A stretch of DNA of 64,000 nucleotides from a virus. Under the pieces are notes generated by a model. That model was not told the DNA's origin and did no database searches. It saw nothing but the letters and a program-made list of their open reading frames with translations. This document shows positions 45,861 to 54,839 of this stretch, in pieces. Location: IMG/VR virus record IMGVR_UViG_3300045988_130745; one strand, given 5' to 3'. Both the position numbers and the translations under genes were made by a program. Within the stretch, counting starts at the first letter, position 1; each line of letters opens with the position of its first letter.

Positions 45861-46174
45861 GTGAAGAAAAGATTAAGCAGATTCAAGAGGAATATGCTAA
45901 AGATCCTGTATATAGTCACGTCGCAAAGAAGTGTGGAACAACCGCGGCGACTGTAAAGAAATATGTATCTGGTGAAGTACCAGTTCCTGCGAAGAAAAAG
46001 AAAGATGCCGATCTCATTTATTTTGAGGACATTTCTAAACGACTTCTTGAAGATGGCCCTATTGAGCCGCTCCCCGTCGACCAGATTAAACTCCCCGATA
46101 ATTTTAAATCGTGGACTATCCTCACCGATGCTGAACGCGCGGCGATGAATCTTAACTATATTTCAAAATACTAA
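45848..46174 (+). CDS. hypothetical protein with possible HTH
   Basis: Track ORF (TTG start). VYSHVAKKCGTTAATVKKYV looks like a helix-turn-helix. Confidence 0.5.
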   Translation: MARLSEEKIKQIQEEYAKDPVYSHVAKKCGTTAATVKKYVSGEVPVPAKKKKDADLIYFEDISKRLLEDGPIEPLPVDQIKLPDNFKSWTILTDAERAAMNLNYISKY

Positions 46175-46189
46175 GAAAGTGAGTAAACA

Positions 46190-46489
46190 ATGAAATATTT
46201 TCAGTGTATTGAGCATCCTTGTGACCTCTCTAAATACACTTATGCCGTAACTGAGGACTTATGCAAAGAGCTTGGTCCTCTTTGCGGAACTTATCGGATT
46301 CTTCCCGCGCGATTGCTTGGTTTGAGCTATGAGAACTATGTCGCTTATTTGTTTAAGCGATTTGGTAAAGAAATTTGTTTTCCTCATTATCTCGGTGGTC
46401 CGATGTTTAATAAGCGCGAGGATGCGATGAAGATGGCAGAGATGCTTGAAAATAGACTTGTTTATCTCTTGGAGAATAAAAATGATTGA
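46190..46489 (+). CDS. hypothetical protein
   Basis: Track ORF. Confidence 0.6.
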   Translation: MKYFQCIEHPCDLSKYTYAVTEDLCKELGPLCGTYRILPARLLGLSYENYVAYLFKRFGKEICFPHYLGGPMFNKREDAMKMAEMLENRLVYLLENKND

Positions 46490-46808
46490 CCCAAAGTATT
46501 ATGGTGATAAACCTTTCTATGTGTGTAAAGACGAATTTGCATCTGGCAAGTTCCGTATTAAAGAAAGTGTTATTGCTGAGAAGAAACTAGATCCAAATGG
46601 AGACCTCGGTTTTATGGATGTCGCTCAAGCGCGAGTCCTTGGTTTGGATTATCCTGTATATATAAAGTTTTGCGAAAAAAATTATGGTGGGCATGCGAAT
46701 AAATCAAAACATGGATGGACTTCACCTGTTATCCGTTTTGAAAATGAAACACTTGCTAATTCGTTATGTTTGCTCTTGAATAAGAGGTGGGGTGAATTGT
46801 TTGGTTAA
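46482..46808 (+). CDS. hypothetical protein
   Basis: ATG 46482 lies 7 nt after GGAG, inside track ORF 46446..46808. Confidence 0.6.
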   Translation: MIDPKYYGDKPFYVCKDEFASGKFRIKESVIAEKKLDPNGDLGFMDVAQARVLGLDYPVYIKFCEKNYGGHANKSKHGWTSPVIRFENETLANSLCLLLNKRWGELFG

Positions 46809-47025
46809 AGAATTTTTTATTACGGTTCAGTTCAAGAGAAATAAAGGTGGTTTTGGTGGAAAGGATTATGTCTACAAGCTAATTTCACCAATGTATCTTG
46901 GTAAGCATGATAAACTGTTGATTCTTAAAGATCCAGTAAATGAAAAGGCTATAGCTACAATACCGAAATGCTTGTTACTGGCGTCTTTGATGATTATGAA
47001 GCGTACCAGAAGTATTGTAAGTTAA
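46792..47025 (+). CDS. hypothetical protein
   Basis: Track ORF (GTG start after AAGAGGTGGGG). Overlaps the next ORF by 58 nt, so the boundary is uncertain. Confidence 0.45.
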   Translation: MNCLVKEFFITVQFKRNKGGFGGKDYVYKLISPMYLGKHDKLLILKDPVNEKAIATIPKCLLLASLMIMKRTRSIVS

Positions 47026-48428
47026 AGAATGTTTTTGCCTGTGCTTATGAAGATATTCTTTTCTTGCAATATTTTAAAATTAAATATTCTGGCGATATTG
47101 ATTTAGTATATGAGCATCAAGATAAAACTGGAACGATATATTATCCTAAAATTTGCATAGTCCAAAAGGATGGTAAAAAATTAACTATTATGGCTTGGCG
47201 GCCAGAAGACCAGGATATTTTAATTACACATGATCAAATTGATAAACTGATAACTGATAAGATGGCTAAGTGCAGTCCTTGTGTCCACCCTGATTGTTGT
47301 GCGGAAGATTGCGACAATTGCCCTGAATCTCATCCAGTCGCATCTTTTACTTACTCGCCAAAGGGAGGATATGGAGAACTTGGTCCTATTGATGTCAATC
47401 AGCCATCATTGAAAGTTAAGACAGATGGAATTGTGACAACTTCTGCTATTGGTCTGCGCGATACAACCAGTCTTACTAATTTAACTGGCAATGACTTACT
47501 TAACGCTCAGCTCCGATCCTACGATGCTGATAAGCATAATATGTCAAACATTCTTAAAAAGCCACTTACTTCAACCCCTGTTATGGATTCAGAAACTTTT
47601 AATGGCTTACTTAGCAAAATAACGAATATGGTAGATAAAGAAGTTACTGATATGTTTAACTCAAAAGAGAAAGAAAAGGAGTCTAAAATGGATTTTTCTA
47701 AGATTCTAAATATTGATTTTGGTAAGGTTCCTCATACTGCTGAACTGAAACCGTCTATTTATGGTGTTGCAGTTCTTGGTTTTGATAATCGTTACCGTGC
47801 ATATGATAAGATTAATGATAAGGTCATGGATGTTACTGGTATGACCTTTGATACCGATATGCTGTTCAAGATTCCCGTGGCGGTATCTCAGGTGCGTGTT
47901 GGTGATGTTATTATTAATGCCAGTAACTATGTAACTGTTACCAATGTTCATCCCGATGGTACTTTTACCGTTGTTGACCCCAAAGCAAGTGAGCAGAAGA
48001 TTGCCATTCCTGCAAAGAATATGTTTGGTTTTGATTTCGTAACCAAAATCATGTATCCTTTTGAGAATATGGTTCAGCCGAGTGACGATAATCCGTTTGG
48101 TCTGAATCCGATGACTATGATGATGCTTTCTGATGGCGCAGATATGGATATGTCTACTATTCTGGCTCTGTCTATGATGAATGGTAACAACGGCATGATG
48201 AATCAGAATATGCTTATTCCGCTTATGCTGATGGGCAATGGCAAGAGCAGCAATAAAGATGGTTTGATTCTTGCTATGGCAATGATGAATCAGCCTCATC
48301 CAACTAAGAAAATCAAGCGAGAAATTCAGTCTAATGCTTTTGCAGCTCTTGATTCTTGCCCCATCCCTCTTGTAACTGACGAAAAAGAAGCACCCACGGG
48401 AGTAAATGCTTGCGAAGATGATGACTAA
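46968..48428 (+). CDS. hypothetical protein with Met-rich C-terminal region
   Basis: Track ORF, 486 aa. The C-terminal ~90 aa are very Met/Asn/Leu-rich (PMTMMMLSDGADMDMS..MMNGNNGMMNQNMLIPLMLMGNG). Confidence 0.65.
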   Translation: MLVTGVFDDYEAYQKYCKLKNVFACAYEDILFLQYFKIKYSGDIDLVYEHQDKTGTIYYPKICIVQKDGKKLTIMAWRPEDQDILITHDQIDKLITDKMAKCSPCVHPDCCAEDCDNCPESHPVASFTYSPKGGYGELGPIDVNQPSLKVKTDGIVTTSAIGLRDTTSLTNLTGNDLLNAQLRSYDADKHNMSNILKKPLTSTPVMDSETFNGLLSKITNMVDKEVTDMFNSKEKEKESKMDFSKILNIDFGKVPHTAELKPSIYGVAVLGFDNRYRAYDKINDKVMDVTGMTFDTDMLFKIPVAVSQVRVGDVIINASNYVTVTNVHPDGTFTVVDPKASEQKIAIPAKNMFGFDFVTKIMYPFENMVQPSDDNPFGLNPMTMMMLSDGADMDMSTILALSMMNGNNGMMNQNMLIPLMLMGNGKSSNKDGLILAMAMMNQPHPTKKIKREIQSNAFAALDSCPIPLVTDEKEAPTGVNACEDDD

Positions 48429-48437
48429 TTAAAACCT

Positions 48438-48467
48438 AGCCAGTAGATATAAAGTCTACTGGCTTTT
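48438..48467 (+). terminator. Rho-independent terminator
   Basis: AGCCAGTAGA/TCTACTGGCT stem followed by TTTT. Confidence 0.75.
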
Positions 48468-48470
48468 CTA

Positions 48471-48499
48471 TTGACTTTTTAGCATAAGTATGCTATAAT
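48471..48499 (+). promoter_or_regulatory. conserved promoter module P14
   Basis: TTGACT 48471-76, 17 nt, TGC TATAAT 48494-99, then TATTATAGAAAAT. Confidence 0.75.
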
Positions 48500-48529
48500 T
48501 ATTATAGAAAATGAGAGAGGAGATAAGGA

Positions 48530-48820
48530 ATGGAGAACTTTGATAGTGTAATTGAGGTTATTCACGAAGCAATTAGTGGTTATCTTGAAGTTTTTACTAC
48601 AAAAGAAGATGTCGAGCGCGCAATCAAAGAAGATATGAGTGTTATGGAAATTCCTTACACTCTCTTTTGGAAACAGGATTATATTTCTAATTACGATGAT
48701 TTGGTTGATCATGAAGTTGATGTTGTCCATATTCCGAAGTTGATTGTGCGCGGGAAGTATCTTGGCACTCATTTCTTTATGGAATTTTATTTTAAAAATG
48801 CAAAGGAGTTTGACTTTTAA
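48530..48820 (+). CDS. hypothetical protein
   Basis: Track ORF after AGAGAGGAG. Confidence 0.65.
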   Translation: MENFDSVIEVIHEAISGYLEVFTTKEDVERAIKEDMSVMEIPYTLFWKQDYISNYDDLVDHEVDVVHIPKLIVRGKYLGTHFFMEFYFKNAKEFDF

Positions 48821-49081
48821 ATGATTCTTGGTACTGCTGTTTCTCTTCAGGGTGCGCACTGGGTTCTTATCACTTTGACGACAAAGAAAGCAAAAGGCGT
48901 AGTTACGTCCAAGGTTTTTCGTCGTTTGAATCCACGCCCGAACATGAATATTGAGGAGAAGCCTTATACTCATGCCCGCGAGGCGCTATGCGAAGTGATT
49001 AATCTGAGCGAACTGAATAAACAGGAGACTGCTGATTACCAGCAGTTGAAGAATTGGCGTTTTAATGTAAGGGAGAACTAA
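48821..49081 (+). CDS. hypothetical protein
   Basis: Track ORF starting directly after the upstream stop. Confidence 0.55.
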   Translation: MILGTAVSLQGAHWVLITLTTKKAKGVVTSKVFRRLNPRPNMNIEEKPYTHAREALCEVINLSELNKQETADYQQLKNWRFNVREN

Positions 49082-49687
49082 ATGGACAAGATAAAAGAAG
49101 GCACTTCACTGAGTATTGTTTTCGCGGACTGGTGTGAAATAACCGGAGTAAGTCAATCTCTCTTTTGTGCGGTTTGGGAATTATTCAAAGACAAGACGGA
49201 TAAAGGTGGAAATCCCTATATTAGTCATTTGATTCAAGTTGCGCAAAATGTTAAGCCGCAGTTTGCACGAATTGCTTTCTGCCACGATGTGATTGAAGAT
49301 TGCGGAGTGGACGAAAAATGGCTTATGAATCCCGATTTTGGTTTGACGGAATACGAGATTAAAGCCATCCGCACACTTAGTCGTCCAAAAGGCATGACTT
49401 ATTCTGATTATATCTTGAGCATTATGAATACTGAAGACCTTGGTATCATGTATGTTAAGATGGCTGATCTTTTGGATAACATGAATCTCAATCGTTTGCG
49501 TGATATGTCAAAAAAAGACATTGATCGTGTAACTGAACTTTATATTCCCGCTTACGAACATCTGTCTACTAAGATTTGGCAGATTATCCGAACTGCTAAA
49601 ATTAACGAGGATATGGCAGATATTTATATGGATTTGCTTTCTGACGAAAGATTTGATGAAGAGAAAGGAAAAGAGTATGGATTTTAA
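49082..49687 (+). CDS. HD-domain hydrolase (SpoT/Mesh1-type alarmone hydrolase-like)
   Basis: Track ORF. GGNPYISHLIQVAQ....ARIAFCHDVIEDC matches the H...HD..ED signature of RelA/SpoT-type HD domains. Confidence 0.6.
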   Translation: MDKIKEGTSLSIVFADWCEITGVSQSLFCAVWELFKDKTDKGGNPYISHLIQVAQNVKPQFARIAFCHDVIEDCGVDEKWLMNPDFGLTEYEIKAIRTLSRPKGMTYSDYILSIMNTEDLGIMYVKMADLLDNMNLNRLRDMSKKDIDRVTELYIPAYEHLSTKIWQIIRTAKINEDMADIYMDLLSDERFDEEKGKEYGF

Positions 49688-50342
49688 TAAGTATCCGAAA
49701 ATCGAGACTTGTTTTCAGCGTTCGCTTGAGACTAAGAAGCTGCTTGATGGTGTCTGGCGCTCGGACGAGCTTCAGTACCTCAAGGATTGTGAGTGGATTT
49801 GGACTGAGAAGGTTGATGGTACCAACATCCAGATTCGTTGGGACGGGCATCGAGTTGAGTTCGGCGGGCGTACCGAGCGTGCGAACATTCCTCAACCGCT
49901 GATGGATTACCTTGAGACCACTTTTGGTGGAGAGGTTAATGAGGAGATTTTCGAGCAGCTCTTTGGCGAGACTGAGGTTGTTCTCTTTGGTGAGGGTTAT
50001 GGTCCGAAGATTCAGAGTGGTGGCGGTTATCGCAAGGATGTTAGCTTTATTCTGTTCGATGTGAAGATTGGCAACTTCTGGCTTCTGCGTGACAAGGTTG
50101 AGGAGATTGCTAAGCAGCTTAACATTGATGTGGTTCCGCTGATCGGTTATGGGCCTATCCAGTTTGCTATTGATTTTGTTAAGGAGCATCCGATGTCGCG
50201 GGTTGCGCAGAATAACGGCGGTAGCGGTTGTTACATGGAGGGCTTGGTTGGTACTCCAACCGTTGGATTGCTCCGTCGTAATGGCGAGCGCATCCAGGTA
50301 AAGATTAAGTGGAATGATTTTAAAGAGTTTGTAGAGGAGTAA
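49677..50342 (+). CDS. RNA ligase (KxDG nucleotidyltransferase)
   Basis: ATG 49677 after GAGAAAGGAAAAGAG, inside track ORF 49653..50342. MDFNKYPKIE..., adenylylation motif EKVDGTN, and FGEGYG. Confidence 0.7.
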   Translation: MDFNKYPKIETCFQRSLETKKLLDGVWRSDELQYLKDCEWIWTEKVDGTNIQIRWDGHRVEFGGRTERANIPQPLMDYLETTFGGEVNEEIFEQLFGETEVVLFGEGYGPKIQSGGGYRKDVSFILFDVKIGNFWLLRDKVEEIAKQLNIDVVPLIGYGPIQFAIDFVKEHPMSRVAQNNGGSGCYMEGLVGTPTVGLLRRNGERIQVKIKWNDFKEFVEE

Positions 50343-50345
50343 AAA

Positions 50346-51293
50346 TTGATTAATTTTATTTTGGTTATTATTGGATTGGCAGTACTGGTTATTGGTGCGA
50401 TTGTCGCATTCAATAAAGAGTCGGTGATTGGAGCTATTACCTCGGTCATCCTTGGTGCAGCAATTGCCTTGTTTGGTATGTCGTTTGTTATCATTCCTTC
50501 TGGCTACACTGGTGTAAAAACCACTTTTGGTCAGATTGCGGAAGAGACTTTGCCGAATGGTTTCAATTGGAAGACTCCTTTCATTGAATCTATCGAGATT
50601 GTAAATAACAAGCAGCAGGATGCTGGTTTCGCGCTGAAAGATTCTAAGATTTGGGGCGAGACCTCTGAAAAGGTTCCTGTTTATATGGCAGATGTAACTG
50701 TTACTTATCAGATTGATAATGAAAAGTCCGCGTGGATTTATGCTAACGTCAGCGACTACAAGAGTCAGCTGATTAGTGACGCAATGGTCGCGAGCGCTCT
50801 AAAAGATGCTGCTGTTCAGTTTACTGCTGAACAGGTAACTGTTCGCTCTAATATTGAGCCTGCTGCGCAGAAAGAACTCCAGGAATCTCTTGATAATAAG
50901 TATGGCCAGAATGTCGTTCATATTCTCAAAGTTGTGATTAACAATATGGATTTTGAAGATAGTTACAACGAAGCTATCAATCAGAAGAATCTTGCCTCGA
51001 AGCAGGCAGAAGCTCAGGCTATTCAGAATCAGATTGAAATTGATAAAGCAACTAAAGATGCTGAAACTCAGCGTATTGCCGCTGAAGCTCAGGCAACTGC
51101 TGAAACTGCAAAAGCACAGGGTGAAGCTGACGCAATTCGTATTAAGGCAGAAGCCGAAGCTGAAGCAAACCGTAAGCTGTCTGAAAGTCTAACTGATAAT
51201 GTTTTGCGTAATAAGCTGTATGATAAGTGGAACGGTGAACTCCCCAAGGTTAGTAATGATTCCGCGCCGCTTGTAAGTATTCCTCTTGAATAA
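50346..51293 (+). CDS. SPFH/band-7 (prohibitin-like) membrane protein
   Basis: Track ORF (TTG start after GGAGGAG). N-terminal TM, YTGVKTTFGQI...FNWKTPFIESIE, and a C-terminal A/E/Q-rich coiled coil. Confidence 0.7.
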   Translation: MINFILVIIGLAVLVIGAIVAFNKESVIGAITSVILGAAIALFGMSFVIIPSGYTGVKTTFGQIAEETLPNGFNWKTPFIESIEIVNNKQQDAGFALKDSKIWGETSEKVPVYMADVTVTYQIDNEKSAWIYANVSDYKSQLISDAMVASALKDAAVQFTAEQVTVRSNIEPAAQKELQESLDNKYGQNVVHILKVVINNMDFEDSYNEAINQKNLASKQAEAQAIQNQIEIDKATKDAETQRIAAEAQATAETAKAQGEADAIRIKAEAEAEANRKLSESLTDNVLRNKLYDKWNGELPKVSNDSAPLVSIPLE

Positions 51294-51300
51294 AATGAAA

Positions 51301-51327
51301 GGGTTGGAGTAAAATCCAACCCTTTTT
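51301..51327 (+). terminator. Rho-independent terminator
   Basis: GGGTTGGA/TCCAACCC stem, loop GTAAAA, TTTTT. Confidence 0.75.
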
Positions 51328-51330
51328 CTA

Positions 51331-51359
51331 TTGACTTTTAAGGATAGGTATGATATAAT
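51331..51359 (+). promoter_or_regulatory. conserved promoter module P15
   Basis: TTGACT 51331-36, 17 nt, TGA TATAAT 51354-59, then TATTATAGAAAAT. Confidence 0.75.
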
Positions 51360-51389
51360 TATTATAGAAAATGAAGGAGGATGTTAAGA

Positions 51390-51614
51390 ATGATTAACTG
51401 GATTGTGGCGCTATTGACTACTTTCATGGCGTTGGATTTTTTCTTTATTACAGTTAGAATGACGCTATCTGAGATTCATCGTGCGCAAGCGTCGAAAAAT
51501 CCATGGTGGCTTAATTTTGTTATTGTGGTATTGATGCTTATGCTTTGGGGCATAGCTATTTTTGCTCTTGGGGCGACTGCAAGTGTTCTTTTTCATTTAA
51601 TGATTGGAGTTTAA
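51390..51614 (+). CDS. small membrane protein
   Basis: ATG 51390 lies 9 nt after GAAGGAGG, inside track ORF 51381..51614. Two hydrophobic helices. Confidence 0.6.
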   Translation: MINWIVALLTTFMALDFFFITVRMTLSEIHRAQASKNPWWLNFVIVVLMLMLWGIAIFALGATASVLFHLMIGV

Positions 51615-51615
51615 A

Positions 51616-52251
51616 ATGGATTGGTTTTTCTTGGGATTAGTTATTCTTGGTAGTGTTTGGGGTTGGACAAAAGAGTCTAAGGAAGTTTTTGGACAACATA
51701 CAATTCAAGAGGTAACAAAAGAAAGATTTGGACGTTTGGTTATTGTTTGCGGTTGGGGTGGATTACTTTGGTGTGCCGCTGAAGTATCTAAAGAACCAGG
51801 AGCTTTTTCGGCTATCCTTCTTTCGTTTCTTATTTATGATTTCTTTTATTTTGGATTTATGTGTGCGAAGTCTAGTGGTGAAAATACAGTAATTCGCAAT
51901 TATAAAGACCAACGTCGATTTTCCAATGGTTATGATTGTATTTCTTACAAAGTTGTGAAAAATATGTATTCAATGCATCCCGAACTGTTTAAATGGGATT
52001 ACAATAGTATCTATCCTGCATTTAAAGGATTAGAATTTAAAATGACTTATTTTGACTTGCTCCGTTTTTCGCTTTTGTATAATAGTCCAAAAATGAAGAA
52101 GAACGGTGTTGTCTCTCGGTTGATGCTTGAACAGCTTGAGAAAGACATGACGCGCATTCAAAAGGAAAAAGAAAAATCTATTCAAGAAGTAAATCATGCT
52201 TCTACTGAATTAGCTAATATTATGGCTTCAATGAAAGGAGAAATGAAGTAA
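51616..52251 (+). CDS. membrane protein, paralog of 52251..52904
   Basis: ATG 51616 in track ORF 51604..52251. N-terminal TM segments. Shares a C-terminal ...MY..HP..F...Y......F..L.F....+ coiled-coil layout with the next gene. Confidence 0.6.
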   Translation: MDWFFLGLVILGSVWGWTKESKEVFGQHTIQEVTKERFGRLVIVCGWGGLLWCAAEVSKEPGAFSAILLSFLIYDFFYFGFMCAKSSGENTVIRNYKDQRRFSNGYDCISYKVVKNMYSMHPELFKWDYNSIYPAFKGLEFKMTYFDLLRFSLLYNSPKMKKNGVVSRLMLEQLEKDMTRIQKEKEKSIQEVNHASTELANIMASMKGEMK

Positions 52252-52904
52252 TGATTGGCTGGACGATTTTTAACTGTCTTTGCTTGGGAGTCTGCTTGAT
52301 TTTTATGTTTGGCTGTGACAAAGATTATTTGTCTAATCTGCTGAAATACAATGCAGCAACAGCAATTTATATTTTTTCTTTCGTTAATGCTTGTCGAACT
52401 TTACCATGGGAACTTCCCGATGATGTGATGACTGGTTCTCAATTCCTTTGTATGCTTGCAGTTTGTGGTTCCGCTATCGCTTATGTTTCTTCATTCTTTG
52501 CAATGTCAATGGGTGATGGTTTACCGAATTTTAAGTTTATTGAAAGATACCTTAGTATTGATGAAAACAATCCACGAGTCAATTACAAACTGTTTAAACA
52601 AATGTATGCCCTTCATCCCGATAAGTTTCATTTTTGTAATTACAGTTGGGATTACAATTTTATTGATTTTAGTTTAAACTTTTTCGATTATTTGCGCGCT
52701 TCGTTTTTAATTGAAAACGAAGAAAAAGGTCCTAAGAGTCGAGACCGCCGCAAAGATTATCAGCGATTGGTTTCTGAAATGCAGGCTGACCTTGAAAAAG
52801 ATCTCGTGGCCGCGCGGAAAGAAAAAGAACAGGCTTTTCAAGAGATAGAAGATGCAACAAAAGATGCACACGAACTTTTTAAAGCTCTTTCAAAATATAA
52901 CTAA
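52251..52904 (+). CDS. membrane protein, paralog of 51616..52251
   Basis: Track ORF with start/stop overlap. Confidence 0.6.
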   Translation: MIGWTIFNCLCLGVCLIFMFGCDKDYLSNLLKYNAATAIYIFSFVNACRTLPWELPDDVMTGSQFLCMLAVCGSAIAYVSSFFAMSMGDGLPNFKFIERYLSIDENNPRVNYKLFKQMYALHPDKFHFCNYSWDYNFIDFSLNFFDYLRASFLIENEEKGPKSRDRRKDYQRLVSEMQADLEKDLVAARKEKEQAFQEIEDATKDAHELFKALSKYN

Positions 52905-52915
52905 TTAATTTTTCC

Positions 52916-52948
52916 CCGCTCAGATTAAAAATCTGGGCGGTTTCTTTT
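52916..52948 (+). terminator. Rho-independent terminator
   Basis: CCGCTCAGAT/ATCTGGGCGG stem followed by TTTCTTTT. Confidence 0.7.
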
Positions 52949-52949
52949 A

Positions 52950-52978
52950 TTGACTTTTGAACAAAGTTATGCTATAAT
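52950..52978 (+). promoter_or_regulatory. conserved promoter module P16
   Basis: TTGACT 52950-55, 17 nt, TGC TATAAT 52973-78, then ATTTATAGAAAAT. Confidence 0.75.
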
Positions 52979-53010
52979 ATTTATAGAAAATGAAGAAAGG
53001 AGATTAGAAA

Positions 53011-53502
53011 ATGAAGATTAAAGTTCTTCCGCGTGCTGAGTGTTTTGCTGCGGCACATGGTTGGGGAATTGAGTATGGTATTGCAGATTTTGATGTTCCT
53101 ACTTTGATTATTTCAATTTCTAGTTATGATACTCCTATTCCCAACGCTCTTGCTATTGATGCTAAGACAAAGCCTGACATCATTAAGCACGTTGAGTATT
53201 GTCAGTTTGACGATATTGATTGCAAGGAGCCTGTTAAAGGCTTGATTCCTATGCGCGATGTAGATGCGCAGAAAATCGTTCGTGCGGTTGAACAATGGAA
53301 AGATAAAGTTGAACAGATTGTAGTCCATTGTGATGCTGGTTATTCTCGTAGCCCTGCCGTTGCAGCTGCTTTGGCTCTTGCTTTAAATGGTAGGGGCGCA
53401 GATGATGAGTTCTTTGTTAAAGGCAACTATTGCCCGAATATGCACGTTTATAATACTATGCTGAAAGAACTGGATGCGCGAGGTTATTTCAATGACCTAT
53501 GA
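53011..53502 (+). CDS. Cys-based phosphatase-like protein (CX5R motif)
   Basis: Track ORF. VVHCDAGYSRSPAV fits the HCxxGxxRS active-site loop of PTP/dual-specificity phosphatases. Confidence 0.6.
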   Translation: MKIKVLPRAECFAAAHGWGIEYGIADFDVPTLIISISSYDTPIPNALAIDAKTKPDIIKHVEYCQFDDIDCKEPVKGLIPMRDVDAQKIVRAVEQWKDKVEQIVVHCDAGYSRSPAVAAALALALNGRGADDEFFVKGNYCPNMHVYNTMLKELDARGYFNDL

Positions 53503-53863
53503 AGATCTTTGGTTATATGTAAATAATCAATATACAAACGCAATGCAAGCTGGAATGTTGGGTACTGACGTTGTGATTTCAAAAAAAGATTACTTTTCTC
53601 TTTTAGAAATTTGTAACGGATGGGATATACGATGTACGCCAGTCATTCTTGGCTTTAATTCTGTCACATATATTGAGAAAGATGGAAAATTAGACCCAAA
53701 ACCTCATTGCACATTGCTTGAAGGTATTCAAAGTGCTTGTGATGAATATTTAAGAGTAATCCTTGAATGGGACGAAGATAATGCTAGTGAAGATGAAGTT
53801 TTTGAAATCATCTGGTATCCCGAAGATGAAAGTGAGGACGAAAATGACGAGAAAAAGATTTAA
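53492..53863 (+). CDS. hypothetical acidic-tailed protein
   Basis: ATG 53492 lies 9 nt after GAGG, inside track ORF 53474..53863. Confidence 0.55.
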   Translation: MTYEDLWLYVNNQYTNAMQAGMLGTDVVISKKDYFSLLEICNGWDIRCTPVILGFNSVTYIEKDGKLDPKPHCTLLEGIQSACDEYLRVILEWDEDNASEDEVFEIIWYPEDESEDENDEKKI

Positions 53864-54092
53864 GAAGCTAATTCGTGGAACCTTCACTGAATTTTCTCCT
53901 TTAGTTAAAACTCTTGAACAGCAGAATATGATGAACCACTTGTCTGAAACGGCAATGAAAGTAAAGATTTCACCTCTTGCTGCAAGCAAATGTACTTATC
54001 ATTCTTATAAACAACTTTATCATCTGTATATTTTTGCTATTGGTTCAACTTTATTTTCTGAGGAGGATTATTATGACACGAAAGAGATTTGA
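53844..54092 (+). CDS. hypothetical protein, MT(R/K)KRF family
   Basis: ATG 53844 inside track ORF 53763..54092 gives MTRKRFKKLIRG. Confidence 0.55.
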   Translation: MTRKRFKKLIRGTFTEFSPLVKTLEQQNMMNHLSETAMKVKISPLAASKCTYHSYKQLYHLYIFAIGSTLFSEEDYYDTKEI

Positions 54093-54258
54093 AAAATTGC
54101 TCCGTGCCGAATATACTTGTCTTTGGGTACGCGCTCCGCTTAGTTTTAGTGATTCGATGCCCATTTCGCGGATGTATCATAACATCCCTAAGATGAGCGC
54201 GTTTGCTCGAAAAATGGGTGGATATGATACTCTTTATGACTATCTGACTAACCCCTAA
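54073..54258 (+). CDS. hypothetical protein, MT(R/K)KRF family
   Basis: ATG 54073 after AGGAGGA, inside track ORF 53977..54258. MTRKRFEKLLRAEY. Confidence 0.6.
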   Translation: MTRKRFEKLLRAEYTCLWVRAPLSFSDSMPISRMYHNIPKMSAFARKMGGYDTLYDYLTNP

Positions 54259-54271
54259 AGGTTATAATATT

Positions 54272-54478
54272 ATGACAAGAAAACGCTTTGAAAAGTTACT
54301 TCGCGCATATTATACCGAATTATGGATTGAAGCCCGTGCAAATTGCCGTCCATTTATGCGAATGGATCAGGTATATAGATTACTTCCAGACATGAGCGAT
54401 GAAGCGCGTAAAGTTGGTAGTTATAAAAGCATGTATGAAATGATGACTTTTACGAGTAAAGAAAGGAAGAACTATTAA
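54272..54478 (+). CDS. hypothetical protein, MT(R/K)KRF family
   Basis: Track ORF, MTRKRFEKLLRAYY. Confidence 0.6.
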   Translation: MTRKRFEKLLRAYYTELWIEARANCRPFMRMDQVYRLLPDMSDEARKVGSYKSMYEMMTFTSKERKNY

Positions 54479-54834
54479 TGTATATGAAGTCTATGCGCGT
54501 TAAAGACGTGAATGGTAATGAAGTTGTGGTTGGTGGTGAAGAGATTTTCCGCGCCTATAAAGATTTGGTTCAGTGGTTTATGGAGACTCGTTTTGTTTGG
54601 ATTTTCAACAATTTCGGTGAGCGATTTAACAGAACTGCAATCAAGCATTGCGCGCGGAAATGTGCCGAAGTCGTAACTATCAACCCTGAAACGACTTCTA
54701 CTTCTGAGCCAGATGATTTTGAAATGGCTGTATTTAATAAATACAGAAATGGCGATTTCGATTGGCTTAAAGATTGGGAACCGGAAACTAAAGTGATTAT
54801 TATTAAAGAAGATAATAAGTCTCAGGAGGACTAA
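54478..54834 (+). CDS. hypothetical protein
   Basis: Track ORF. Confidence 0.6.
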   Translation: MYMKSMRVKDVNGNEVVVGGEEIFRAYKDLVQWFMETRFVWIFNNFGERFNRTAIKHCARKCAEVVTINPETTSTSEPDDFEMAVFNKYRNGDFDWLKDWEPETKVIIIKEDNKSQED

Positions 54835-54839
54835 AACAT

